NCBI GenBank assembly: GCA_041661005.1
Contig: JBAZVG010000001.1
Coordinates: 403,307 to 467,306, forward strand
Direction of reading: 5' to 3'
From: Minisyncoccota bacterium
GTDB taxonomy: Bacteria > Patescibacteriota > Minisyncoccia > Phycocordibacterales > UBA9973
DNA: 64,000 nt
Part shown: piece after piece, positions 37,626-46,763 of the stretch
How positions within the stretch are numbered: position 1 is the stretch's first letter
How the letters are laid out: every line of letters starts with the position of its first letter
Program-made: the position numbers and the translations under genes
Notes under the pieces: generated by a model
What the model was told of the DNA's origin: nothing
The model's input: only the letters and a program-made list of their open reading frames with translations
Databases searched by the model: none

Positions 37626-39731
37626 TTAGATATCAATTTCCGCTAGTTTTGCATTGGATTGAATAAAAGATTTGCGAGGAGGAACTTCGGAGCCCATGAG
37701 AATATCGAAAATTTTATTTGCTTCTTCAGCATCATCTATGTTTACCTTTTTGAGAACTCGATTCTTCGGATCCATCGTGGTTTCCCAAAGCTCTTCGGGA
37801 TTCATTTCTCCGAGACCTTTAAAGCGCTGAATATGTATTTTATTTGATTTAGTTTTAGCTTCTTCAGGATTTTCTTGCTCCACCGCCTCGTTGGAGTCAG
37901 GGGTGGAAGCAGGCTCTTCGACAGCCTCAATCTCACTCACATCTGTGTTCTTGCCGACAATTTTTAATTTTTCTTCGTCCGTATAAGCGTATGAAATTTC
38001 TTTACCCTTTTTTATTTTATAAAGCGGTGGCTGGGCAATATAAATATATCCAGCGTCGACAACTGCTCTAAAATATCTGTAGAAAAGCGTCAAAAGAAGT
38101 GTCCGAATGTGCGAACCGTCCACGTCTGCATCTGTCGCAATGATTATTTTATGATAACGCATCTTTGATAAATCAAAAGTGTCTCCAATCGAAGTACCCA
38201 TGGCAATGACGAGGGACTTTACTTCTTTGGAAGCAAGCATTTTGTCTATACGCGCGCGTTCAACATTTAAGATTTTTCCACGGAGTGGCAGTATGGCTTG
38301 AGTTCGGCGATCACGGCCCTGCTTTGCTGAGCCCCCAGCGGAGTCTCCCTCCACCAAGAATAATTCCGACTCTTCCGCATTCTTGCTTTGACAATCTGCC
38401 AATTTTCCCGGAAGTGTCATGCCCTCAAGAGCGCCTTTTCGTAAAATTGAATCTTTCGCAGCTTTAGCAGCCTTGCGAGCTTTCAAGGCGAGAATAGACT
38501 TGTTTATTATGGATTTGGCTTCATCGGGATTTTCTTCTAAGAAATTATTGAATGCCTCACCAAACACAGTAGCCACTGCCCCTTGAGCCTCCATACTTCC
38601 GAGTTTTGCCTTAGTTTGACCCTCAAATTGAATCTCACGCAATTTTACAGAGATAGCCACAGTCAAACCTTCCAGAACATCTTCACCAGTAAATCCCCCT
38701 TCGGACTCTTTCATCATTTCATTTTTCTTGCAGTAAGTATTCAAAGTTCTCGTGAGCGCAGTTTTGAAACCTGTCACGTGCGTACCGCCTTCAGGAGTGT
38801 TTATGTTGTTAGCAAAAGGAATAATGCGATCACTTATATCATCGACATATTGCAAAGCAATCTCTACTCCGACATTATCAAATTCTTTTTCAACATAAAA
38901 AATATTATTTTGAATTGGTTTTTGAAATTTATTATAGTATTTGATGAGAGAAACCAACCCGCCTTCAAAATAAAAAGAAACTGATGGAAGCTCTAAGCCA
39001 AGATCCCTGAAATAAAAGACGTCATTGTCGTCCATTCCTTTTTTATTATCCCATTCTCTGGCATCAATTATTAAAATTTTTAAACCCTTTACTAGATATG
39101 CCTGCTGGCGGATATGGTTAACCACTGTGTGCCAATCAAATTTAATATCTTTAAATATTTCTTGATCTGGTTCAAAAGTTATTATTGTGCCATGAAGTTT
39201 TGAACTGCCTATTTTTTTTACCGCCGATTTTTTCTTGCCTTGAGAATACTCCTGCACATAAACACCGCCATCTTTGTGAACTTCTGCCTTGCAAAAGATA
39301 GAAAGCGCATTCACAACTGACGCGCCAACCCCATGCAGACCACCAGAAACTTTGTATCCTTCTCCACCGAATTTTCCTCCGGCGTGGAGTGTGGTCATGA
39401 CTGTTTCCAAAGCTGATACTTTTGTTTTTTTATGAACATCAACCGGTATACCTCGGCCGTTATCCACCACTCGCACTCGATTGTTAGGAAGAAGCACCAC
39501 CTCAATATCATCGCAAAAACCTCCCATCGCTTCATCGCGCGAGTTGTCAAAAATCTCCCATATTAAGTGATGAAGTCCTTCCGGGCCAGTAGTCCCAATA
39601 TACATACCGGGACGGCGCCGTACGGGCTCTAAACCCTCTAAAACCGAGATATCCGAGGCATCATAATGATGAGCCCCACCAGAAGAGGCAGGGCTTTTCT
39701 TGCTATTTTCAGTGTCTTTTTCTTTGGCCAT
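37626..39731 (-). CDS. gyrB: DNA gyrase subunit B
   Basis: VRRRPGMYIG, LHAGGKF, EGDSAGG, PLRGK, QRFKGLGEM. Confidence 0.96.
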   Translation of the reverse strand: MAKEKDTENSKKSPASSGGAHHYDASDISVLEGLEPVRRRPGMYIGTTGPEGLHHLIWEIFDNSRDEAMGGFCDDIEVVLLPNNRVRVVDNGRGIPVDVHKKTKVSALETVMTTLHAGGKFGGEGYKVSGGLHGVGASVVNALSIFCKAEVHKDGGVYVQEYSQGKKKSAVKKIGSSKLHGTIITFEPDQEIFKDIKFDWHTVVNHIRQQAYLVKGLKILIIDAREWDNKKGMDDNDVFYFRDLGLELPSVSFYFEGGLVSLIKYYNKFQKPIQNNIFYVEKEFDNVGVEIALQYVDDISDRIIPFANNINTPEGGTHVTGFKTALTRTLNTYCKKNEMMKESEGGFTGEDVLEGLTVAISVKLREIQFEGQTKAKLGSMEAQGAVATVFGEAFNNFLEENPDEAKSIINKSILALKARKAAKAAKDSILRKGALEGMTLPGKLADCQSKNAEESELFLVEGDSAGGSAKQGRDRRTQAILPLRGKILNVERARIDKMLASKEVKSLVIAMGTSIGDTFDLSKMRYHKIIIATDADVDGSHIRTLLLTLFYRYFRAVVDAGYIYIAQPPLYKIKKGKEISYAYTDEEKLKIVGKNTDVSEIEAVEEPASTPDSNEAVEQENPEEAKTKSNKIHIQRFKGLGEMNPEELWETTMDPKNRVLKKVNIDDAEEANKIFDILMGSEVPPRKSFIQSNAKLAEIDI
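37876..37911. repeat. Palindromic insertion inside gyrB
   Basis: tgctccaccgcct...aggggtggaagca; encodes ASTPDSNEAVEQ. Confidence 0.55.
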
Positions 39732-39748
39732 TTATGAGTATATTATAG

Positions 39749-39840
39749 CACTAAAATGTTCTGGTTGCCAGAACATTCGTGCGAACAATTTCATAAATTT
39801 ATGAAATTGTTTTAGCAAATTTTTATTGCATTTGCTAGTG
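39749..39840. promoter_or_regulatory. Three-hairpin cluster directly upstream of the gyrB -10 box
   Basis: 10-bp stem 39755-39777; perfect 28-bp palindrome 39784-39811; 8-bp stem 39813-39837. Confidence 0.55.
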
Positions 39841-39859
39841 ATTTATTTGTGTAAAATAC

Positions 39860-39898
39860 AAAAAAGTAGGCCGTTGTTGCTCGAAGCGACAACGGCCG
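39860..39898 (-). terminator. Rho-independent terminator
   Basis: Minus strand ggccgttgtcgc-ttcga-gcaacaacggcc-tactttttt. Confidence 0.75.
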
Positions 39899-39917
39899 AT
39901 ACTGGTCAACAATCCCA

Positions 39918-40019
39918 TCAACCCTCGGGATAAAACATCAGTCGAGACCTCAACACAGTCAGTATCCCATTGACGTATCCAAGGTATTGGTAAAGGAAAG
40001 TTCTTTTCTTCCTTTTCAT
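39918..40019 (-). CDS. Putative 33-aa peptide
   Basis: MKRKKRTFLYQYLGYVNGILTVLRSRLMFYPEG; strong SD GGAGGTGA; terminator follows. Confidence 0.5.
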   Translation of the reverse strand: MKRKKRTFLYQYLGYVNGILTVLRSRLMFYPEG

Positions 40020-40144
40020 TTTAATCACCTCCCTTCTCAAAGAGAAGAGTAACATTTTATTTGAAAATGTAAAGGATAGATTTGTTGAATGAAAAAAGCC
40101 AGCAACATAAAGGAGTTCTGGCTTTTCAAAAGTTGATCAGGATT

Positions 40145-40411
40145 TCAGCCTGTGAAAATGTCCCCAACCGAAATTACCTCGGTTTTACCATCCACTTTAA
40201 TGAAAGCGAATATCAGCCTTTTGATTTGTACACATCTTGAGACTTCAAAACACATTCCGGGTTCAAGATGTTTGCCATTAGGCTTTCCATCTTTTTGGTA
40301 ACAAGGCGTTCTCCACTTTGTTATCGCACATGTACCTGAAGAGCGTGCTAGTCCCACACTTTTAGCACTGCCAGCAAAACACCGACTTGCTTTTTTTTTG
40401 CGTTTTTTCAT
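40145..40411 (-). CDS. Small hypothetical protein
   Basis: SD GAGGAG; downstream hairpin plus T-run at ~40092-40126. Confidence 0.5.
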   Translation of the reverse strand: MKKRKKKASRCFAGSAKSVGLARSSGTCAITKWRTPCYQKDGKPNGKHLEPGMCFEVSRCVQIKRLIFAFIKVDGKTEVISVGDIFTG

Positions 40412-40674
40412 TTTCTCCTCAATTCTGTTTTCAACGAACGTTTTTAGTTGTGCCCTCTTTAAACGAGAACACCAGCCTTTAGAGGGCTGGTGTTTGGGTT
40501 GTAAGTTAGTTTAGTTTGTTTTTACAGCGCAAATATCAGCCTTCTAAATTGAGGGCTGGTAAAGAAAACATTACCAAGTCGTAAATTTTTATTCACGCTT
40601 CTAGTATTACATACTGATAAATAATTGCAAGCTATGCACTTTACTTCTGGAAGATTTTTATCTAAACTAAAAAG

Positions 40675-41829
40675 ATGGCGAAATATGACATAACAAGTCC
40701 CGAAGAAGCAGCTTTAAGGAAAGATCTAGAACCAAAGACCGATGCACATTCTATGCGTTTGAAGCGTTATCTTTCTATGCCGGATCTTTCCCGTACTCCC
40801 GGAAGTCCTTTGGAAGAGATAGTAAGAAAAGCCAAGGAAGTGTCTTCGCTTAAAAATTTCGATGAAATAAAAATACCAGAAATCGTGCCAACAAAAATTC
40901 TTTTTGATTTATTTAATATGCCCGAGGGTCATCCAGCTCGCAGTCCTTCAGACACTTATTATGTTGATGAAAATAATGTTTTAAGAACACATGATACAGT
41001 ATTTTGGTATTACTATCTAAACCTCCCTGAAATAAAAAAAAGGATTGCCAACAAAGAAACTCTCGGGGCTATATGTTATGGCAAAGTGTATCGTAAAGAT
41101 GAAATTGATGCCCGTCACATGAATGTTTTCCATCAATTTGGTGGATGGCTAATAGCACCGGACGACCTGCCTCGACTAGGCAAGGCGGGCAAAGAAACAC
41201 TCACTCCTGAAGATTTAAAAAAAGCTTTAACAGAGATAGCAACAAGTATTTTCGGTAAAATAAACTTTCGTTTTTATGACCACAACTTTCCTTATACTGA
41301 TCCAAGCTTTGAGATGGAAGCAGAGATTAACGGCAAATGGATTGAAATGTTGGGCTCTGGAATGGTAAGAAAAACTGTTCTATCTAATCTAGGGCTCGAA
41401 GGCTACCATGGATGGGCTTTTGGATTCGGTCTAGAACGCCTCGCCATAGCGAGCATGCAACTCCCAGATATCCGACTTTTATGGTCAGAAGACGGAAGAG
41501 TTAAGAAACAACTCAAACTTGGACAAAAATTTGTTGAAGTTAGTAAATATCCTCCGATTGTGCGAGATATTTCTTTTATTGTAAAAAACGACTTCGTGCC
41601 AAATGATTATTTTGATTTCGTGAGAGAATTAGCCCCCGGTATAGTGGAACAAGTAGAACTTTTAGACAAATATGAAAATATAGAAAAATTCGGCGCTGGA
41701 AAAGTTAGTTATGCTTATAGAATCATTTATCGATCGATAGAGAGAACTCTAATTTCAGAAGAGATTGATAAAATTCATAAAAAATTAGAAACTGAGACTA
41801 CAAAAAACTTCAACGCAACAATACGTTAA
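40675..41829 (+). CDS. pheS: Single-chain phenylalanine--tRNA ligase (alpha catalytic domain + FDX-ACB anticodon-binding domain)
   Basis: HPARSPSDTYY, LRTH, GKVYRKDEIDARH, FPYTDPS, WAFGFGLERLA, then SKYPPIVRDISF...YRSIERTL. Confidence 0.9.
   Translation: MAKYDITSPEEAALRKDLEPKTDAHSMRLKRYLSMPDLSRTPGSPLEEIVRKAKEVSSLKNFDEIKIPEIVPTKILFDLFNMPEGHPARSPSDTYYVDENNVLRTHDTVFWYYYLNLPEIKKRIANKETLGAICYGKVYRKDEIDARHMNVFHQFGGWLIAPDDLPRLGKAGKETLTPEDLKKALTEIATSIFGKINFRFYDHNFPYTDPSFEMEAEINGKWIEMLGSGMVRKTVLSNLGLEGYHGWAFGFGLERLAIASMQLPDIRLLWSEDGRVKKQLKLGQKFVEVSKYPPIVRDISFIVKNDFVPNDYFDFVRELAPGIVEQVELLDKYENIEKFGAGKVSYAYRIIYRSIERTLISEEIDKIHKKLETETTKNFNATIR
41166..41189 (+). repeat. 24-bp element (family B) inside pheS
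   Basis: cctgcctcgactaggcaaggcggg. Confidence 0.7.
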
Positions 41830-44800
41830 ACTTCAGAGGAACTAGTATAAATCTTTGCCATTTTGCAATACTCGCACCCGGTATTTTTACCATAAGAATT
41901 GTAGTTGCAAGGTCTATCTATCCATTTATGTGTCTTGATCAAGTCATCGTAATCTTTAATGTCTTGAATCAAGAGATCTATTTCCTTGGCAGTTATAACT
42001 CTATTATAAAAAAATTCTTTTTCATTTTTTGCTTCCAAAAACTCAAGCCGGCTTTCGCGCACATCTGCCTCCCATTTAGGACTTTTTTCAATTAAATATG
42101 AGTACATCGTTAACTGGCGTAAATAAGAACTCATCCTGCCTTCTTCATCTAATTTTTCAATATCCCCCGTTTTTCGCACACTTCCAGTTTTAAAATCCGT
42201 CACACGCACATTTTTAGCATCCCCGCCTTGCATCGAGGCAGGTAAATTTTCTATCAAGTCTATCTTGCCGTAAATATTTAAATGTGGAAACCTGTCATCA
42301 ATCACAGAAATACTTTGCTCATTCTGTCTCCTTTCGCTTATATCCCCCAGTCTTCTATCTATCCATCTAGAAACCATGTCGAGAGCCAGCTTGGATAGTT
42401 CTTTTTGTTTGTTTTCGTCGCCAAAACCTGACTTTCTAACCTGATGTAAAATTATATTCTGCAAATCTTTTGCACTTGGTTTTTTAACCGACTTTAAAAC
42501 CTGATCAATAGATCCATGTATAATATTTCCAAATTCCAAACTTTCAGATTTTGACTCTGGCAATTGAAGTAAATTTCTGAAATACCATTTCCATGGACAT
42601 TCAAAAAAATTATTCAAAAGAGACACAGAGATTTTCCTGTCTTTATAATCTCTAGCAACCAACTTCGCCAAATCCAATAACGTGATGTTTTTTGGATCAT
42701 TTGCAAGATCAGAAGAAGCGACATAAGCTTTTGGATTGTTTTTTAAAATAATATTTTCTGTTTCAGAAGCGTTTTGCTCTGTAAAATTACCCTTTAAATC
42801 CGCCACAATATGGGCCAATTCTTGATCTCCCCCACTGTATGATTTTAGCGCGTAGGAAATAGTGCAGAATCTCTTAGCGCGAGTTATCGCCACATACAAT
42901 TCACGCTTCAAAACTATCTCGCCTCGTTTTTCAATCTTTTCTTGGAGAGATACAGGCAAAGAAAAACCTCCGCGTCTTTCTCTACTAAAAGATTGCTCAT
43001 CCATATGCGCTATCCACACATAGTCAAACTCAAGCCCCTTTGAACCGTGCAAAGTTAAAACTTTCACACCTTCATTGGAATTAAATATGGCAAGCGGTAT
43101 ATTTTCTCCATAGCTCTCTATTCTTTCCAAGAAACTCAAAAAGCCCTGCAAATTTAATTTAGGGTTTTTTTCTATCTGCATTAACACCAAATGCAACATC
43201 GTGCGAACAACTTCGACTCGGATTATTAAATCTCCATGATTTTTTGCGGTATCAATCAAAAATTCGGTTCCAATCTTTTGAATAAAAGGGTAAAGAGGCT
43301 CGGTCCCTGACGCTAGCCAAAGTTTCAACTTTCGAATCCAAACATTTACTTCATTTTTACTATCAAACAAATTATTTTCATCTTCTACAACGTTCAGTAA
43401 AGAAAACTCGCGCATTTTATTATCTCTAATAAATTCATGTGCTCTCAGAGCAGGAACTCCGGATAATTTGTCGAAAAATGACAACCCAAGAGCCACCCCG
43501 TCATCGGGGTTGGCTATAATTTTCAGCACCCGCAATAAAGACACTGCCTCTTCTGTATCGAAAAAATTCACCATTTCTCCACCCGCAACCGGAATGTCCA
43601 TATCTTTTAATATGGCAATAGTGCTACGAACTTGCTGATTCTTGGGCACCAAAATAGCCATATCGTTTACATCATGCCCTTTTTTTATTTTTTCTTTTAT
43701 TTCTAAAGCGGAAAAAATAATTTCATCTCTCGGGTAATAGGACTCAATCAGACGAAGAGGATGATTTTCTTTATGATTGCTTTTAAGCTGGCCTTCAGAA
43801 AGAGAGCTTTGGAGTAGCTTGTGGGAAGAATCTAGGATCTGCTGGGTGGAGCGATAGTTCTCGACTAGGGTGATAAGTTTCGCTTTACCAAAAGCATTTT
43901 TGAAATTTTTAAAATATTCAAGCGAGGCTCCGCCAAATCCATAAATAAGTTGGCGATCATCTCCAACCACAAAAATATTCGGCTTTTCTTCACCTCCCCA
44001 AACCTTAGACAGAAATTCATTCTGCACTCCGCTAGAATCTTGATGTTCATCTATCAAAATATAGAGAAAATTTTCTTTAATATAACTGTTTGCTTCTTCT
44101 GATTCTTCCACAATAAAAACTAGGGATTCCAAAATATCATCATAATCAAACAAATTCTTTTCCTTTTTGGCTGTTTCATAGAGAGCATAAAACTTTACAG
44201 CCTCCAGGGTGCGAAAAAGACTTTCGATTTTTTTTTGTATTTCTTTTTTTATCTCACCTTTACTTTCCCCTCTCGTAGAAATGTTTTCGGGGTCATCTTT
44301 AATATTTTTTATTTCTTTATTTATTTCATTCTCAAAATCCTCGGGAGTTATCCGCTCTCTCTTTAGAAGAGAGATCATATTTTTAAGATCTTTGAAATAT
44401 CGAGAAGTTTCTGAACGTGGACGAATGTGTTTCCAATCGTTTTTTTGAAGAACTTCATCATAGAGATTGATAGTATCCTTTTCGTCCATCAATTTTGGTT
44501 TCTCATCAAGAGAAAGCACGTTAAAATATTTATCAAGTATTTCCATGCCAAAACTGTGAAAAGTGGAAATTTTAACCTTGGAGGCTTCAGAACCGATGTA
44601 TTTACGTAATCTATCCCGCATAGCAAGAACTGCTGAATTGGTAAAAGTAAGACACAAAACACCGTCTGCTTTTGTGTCAGTTTTTGATAAAATATTTCCT
44701 ATCCTAAGAGCTAAAATCTGTGTTTTGCCTGTTCCCGGCCCTGCTACCACCATCACCGGACCTTCAATTGAGTCCACCGCTTCCTTTTGGGTAGAATTTA

Positions 44801-44843
44801 GGTTTTTATATTCATTACTGTATTCTCCTTTAAAATTTTTCAT
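41826..44843 (-). CDS. UvrD/PcrA-type helicase fused to a C-terminal PD-(D/E)XK nuclease with four Cys
   Basis: AGPGTGKT, DEHQD, ENYRS, LHGSKGLEF, YVAITRA; GKIDLI..DFKTG; C...C..C..C. Confidence 0.9.
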   Translation of the reverse strand: MKNFKGEYSNEYKNLNSTQKEAVDSIEGPVMVVAGPGTGKTQILALRIGNILSKTDTKADGVLCLTFTNSAVLAMRDRLRKYIGSEASKVKISTFHSFGMEILDKYFNVLSLDEKPKLMDEKDTINLYDEVLQKNDWKHIRPRSETSRYFKDLKNMISLLKRERITPEDFENEINKEIKNIKDDPENISTRGESKGEIKKEIQKKIESLFRTLEAVKFYALYETAKKEKNLFDYDDILESLVFIVEESEEANSYIKENFLYILIDEHQDSSGVQNEFLSKVWGGEEKPNIFVVGDDRQLIYGFGGASLEYFKNFKNAFGKAKLITLVENYRSTQQILDSSHKLLQSSLSEGQLKSNHKENHPLRLIESYYPRDEIIFSALEIKEKIKKGHDVNDMAILVPKNQQVRSTIAILKDMDIPVAGGEMVNFFDTEEAVSLLRVLKIIANPDDGVALGLSFFDKLSGVPALRAHEFIRDNKMREFSLLNVVEDENNLFDSKNEVNVWIRKLKLWLASGTEPLYPFIQKIGTEFLIDTAKNHGDLIIRVEVVRTMLHLVLMQIEKNPKLNLQGFLSFLERIESYGENIPLAIFNSNEGVKVLTLHGSKGLEFDYVWIAHMDEQSFSRERRGGFSLPVSLQEKIEKRGEIVLKRELYVAITRAKRFCTISYALKSYSGGDQELAHIVADLKGNFTEQNASETENIILKNNPKAYVASSDLANDPKNITLLDLAKLVARDYKDRKISVSLLNNFFECPWKWYFRNLLQLPESKSESLEFGNIIHGSIDQVLKSVKKPSAKDLQNIILHQVRKSGFGDENKQKELSKLALDMVSRWIDRRLGDISERRQNEQSISVIDDRFPHLNIYGKIDLIENLPASMQGGDAKNVRVTDFKTGSVRKTGDIEKLDEEGRMSSYLRQLTMYSYLIEKSPKWEADVRESRLEFLEAKNEKEFFYNRVITAKEIDLLIQDIKDYDDLIKTHKWIDRPCNYNSYGKNTGCEYCKMAKIYTSSSEV
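42222..42242. repeat. 21-bp element (family B-like) inside the helicase-nuclease gene
   Basis: cccgccttgcatcgaggcagg, lying between GKID and DFK. Confidence 0.65.
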
Positions 44844-45750
44844 GCTTCAAAAATATTTTAGATTTCCAAAAGAAAAATCCAATTATAAGAAATGTCGCAA
44901 ATGGAGAGAAATATTCCGGAATATCAAAACCAAAACTATGCAAGATCATTATAACGCCGAGCACTAATATGGAATACATCGCTCCGTTCTTCAAATAAAT
45001 ATATCTTTTTATTCTTTCTATATTGCTTATCGTAATTTGTCGGACTAAAAGAGCGCCGAGACCATTACCGAATAAAATGAGGGGCACAGAAAGAGTGAAG
45101 GCAAAAGCGCCCAGAACACCGTCAATGGAAAAAGTTGTATCAATTATTTCCAGAAAGAAAAGTTTACTTAAATCAGAATGCGCGTTACCAAGCAATTTTT
45201 TCTCCTGCTCTTCCGCGTTTTGCTTGAAACCATGGGTTATAAAAAATAAACTTGAGCCCACCACAGCGCCAAAACCCATCAAATTACTTTCTTTTAATGC
45301 GAACCAAGCAATAACAGATAACAATATAGAGACTGTGGCATAAAACCAAACCCCCTTTGACATGAAAAATTTCTCTGTCTTGGGCAATCCTAAATGTTTA
45401 TCTTCCAGAAAAAGCCAGTGTAGAAACAAAAATAAAAGAAACACGCCTCCGGCGACGAGCAGTATGGGCGCTGACTTTTCTATAGATTCCAAAACCAAAG
45501 GATCAGAAGACCAAGCAGCTGACAAAATCTGCCCAGGGTTGAGAGAGGTATTGAATGCCCAAATTATAACAAATGGCAAAAGACCACGGACAAGAAAAAC
45601 CGCAATAAACATCCCCCAAGTCAAAAACCACCTCCGAGCCTTGGCACCCATCGTCGAGAGCACTTCGGCATTGATAATGGCATTATCAACAGAAGAAACT
45701 GCCTCAAAAAGCGAAAGACCAACTATCGTAATTAAAGCAGACAATATCAT
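44830..45750 (-). CDS. DUF475 / TerC-like membrane protein
   Basis: SVDNAIINA, FLEIIDTTFSIDGV, YLKNGAMYSI. Confidence 0.85.
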   Translation of the reverse strand: MILSALITIVGLSLFEAVSSVDNAIINAEVLSTMGAKARRWFLTWGMFIAVFLVRGLLPFVIIWAFNTSLNPGQILSAAWSSDPLVLESIEKSAPILLVAGGVFLLFLFLHWLFLEDKHLGLPKTEKFFMSKGVWFYATVSILLSVIAWFALKESNLMGFGAVVGSSLFFITHGFKQNAEEQEKKLLGNAHSDLSKLFFLEIIDTTFSIDGVLGAFAFTLSVPLILFGNGLGALLVRQITISNIERIKRYIYLKNGAMYSILVLGVIMILHSFGFDIPEYFSPFATFLIIGFFFWKSKIFLKHEKF

Positions 45751-45759
45751 TGTTATATT

Positions 45760-46590
45760 CTACCCCACTTGCTTCCAGTTGCCAATTTTTGTCCTTTTTA
45801 TAGAAAATGCTAAAGCCGGTATATTCATTTTCTGACCTAAGTCATTTGCTATGCTACGCACATACGTTCCACTGCCACATTTTATATGAAAAGAAACTAG
45901 AAAAAACTTGTTCCCCGTTTTTATGTGAATTTGAAGTTTTTTTCGCCAAATTTTTAGAATTTCCTCTTGCCTGAAATCCCCGCCTGCAAAAGCTATGCCT
46001 TTAGCATTGCGGGCAGGACCATGTACTTTTGCAATTCTCTTTTCGATATTTTCTAATAAATTTTTTGCGTTTATTTTTCTTAATTTTAGAAATTTCAAAC
46101 TTTCCACGTTTACTTCATGTCTCGGACTTTCCACAACTTTTCCCGCCCTAGCATAGACGAAAAGCGATTTACCAGCGACGGTTTTTGAAGAATACATCGG
46201 ATATTTCTGTATAAATTTACCGATAAAAAATTCTAAATTTTCTTTTATTTTTTCTTCTAAATCATCTCTATTTACTATTCTCCTATTCGTACGAATTAGA
46301 CCATGTGTAATTTTCCCTAAAATATCATAAGTGTCGGTAGAAAACCCAAAAAGAATTTCAAATTCATATTCCTTATCTAGCGCCAAATATTTTTCTTTAT
46401 TTCTTACTTCCTCCCCTACCAAAACAACCAGGAGTCCGCTCGCCATCGGGTCCAACCGACCAGCATAGGTCATTTTTATATTTTGATATTTTTTATTTTT
46501 AACGCGAAAACTATTGAGAACTTCTAATGGAGTTTCACCCTCTTTTTTGTTTAAAAGTAAAATATTTTTCATAATTAATTCTATTATCAA
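45760..46590 (-). CDS. truB: tRNA pseudouridine(55) synthase (start may be 46572)
   Basis: YAGRLDPMASG, TDTYDILG, CGSGTYVRS. Confidence 0.9.
   Translation of the reverse strand: MIIELIMKNILLLNKKEGETPLEVLNSFRVKNKKYQNIKMTYAGRLDPMASGLLVVLVGEEVRNKEKYLALDKEYEFEILFGFSTDTYDILGKITHGLIRTNRRIVNRDDLEEKIKENLEFFIGKFIQKYPMYSSKTVAGKSLFVYARAGKVVESPRHEVNVESLKFLKLRKINAKNLLENIEKRIAKVHGPARNAKGIAFAGGDFRQEEILKIWRKKLQIHIKTGNKFFLVSFHIKCGSGTYVRSIANDLGQKMNIPALAFSIKRTKIGNWKQVG
45979..46017. repeat. 39-bp palindromic insertion inside truB
   Basis: cccgcctgcaaaagcta-tgcctt-tagcattgcgggcagg; encodes PARNAKGIAFAGG. Confidence 0.75.
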
Positions 46591-46638
46591 ATCCTTCTTC
46601 TAGCTTTTTTTTGAAAATAATGTAAATTAGGTAGTATT

Positions 46639-46725
46639 GGAGGCGTCGCATAGCGGTCTAGTGCACCACCTTGGAAAGGTGGCAGGCTCGAAAGGGTCTC
46701 GAGAGTTCAAATCTCTCCGCCTCCG
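46639..46725 (+). tRNA. tRNA-Ser(GGA), CCA not encoded
   Basis: Acceptor stem ggaggcg/cgcctcc; anticodon arm ccacc-ttGGAaa-ggtgg; long variable arm; gttcaaatc T-loop. Confidence 0.97.
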
Positions 46726-46763
46726 CAAAAATTTTACATTATCGAAAAAAATAATTCTTGTAG

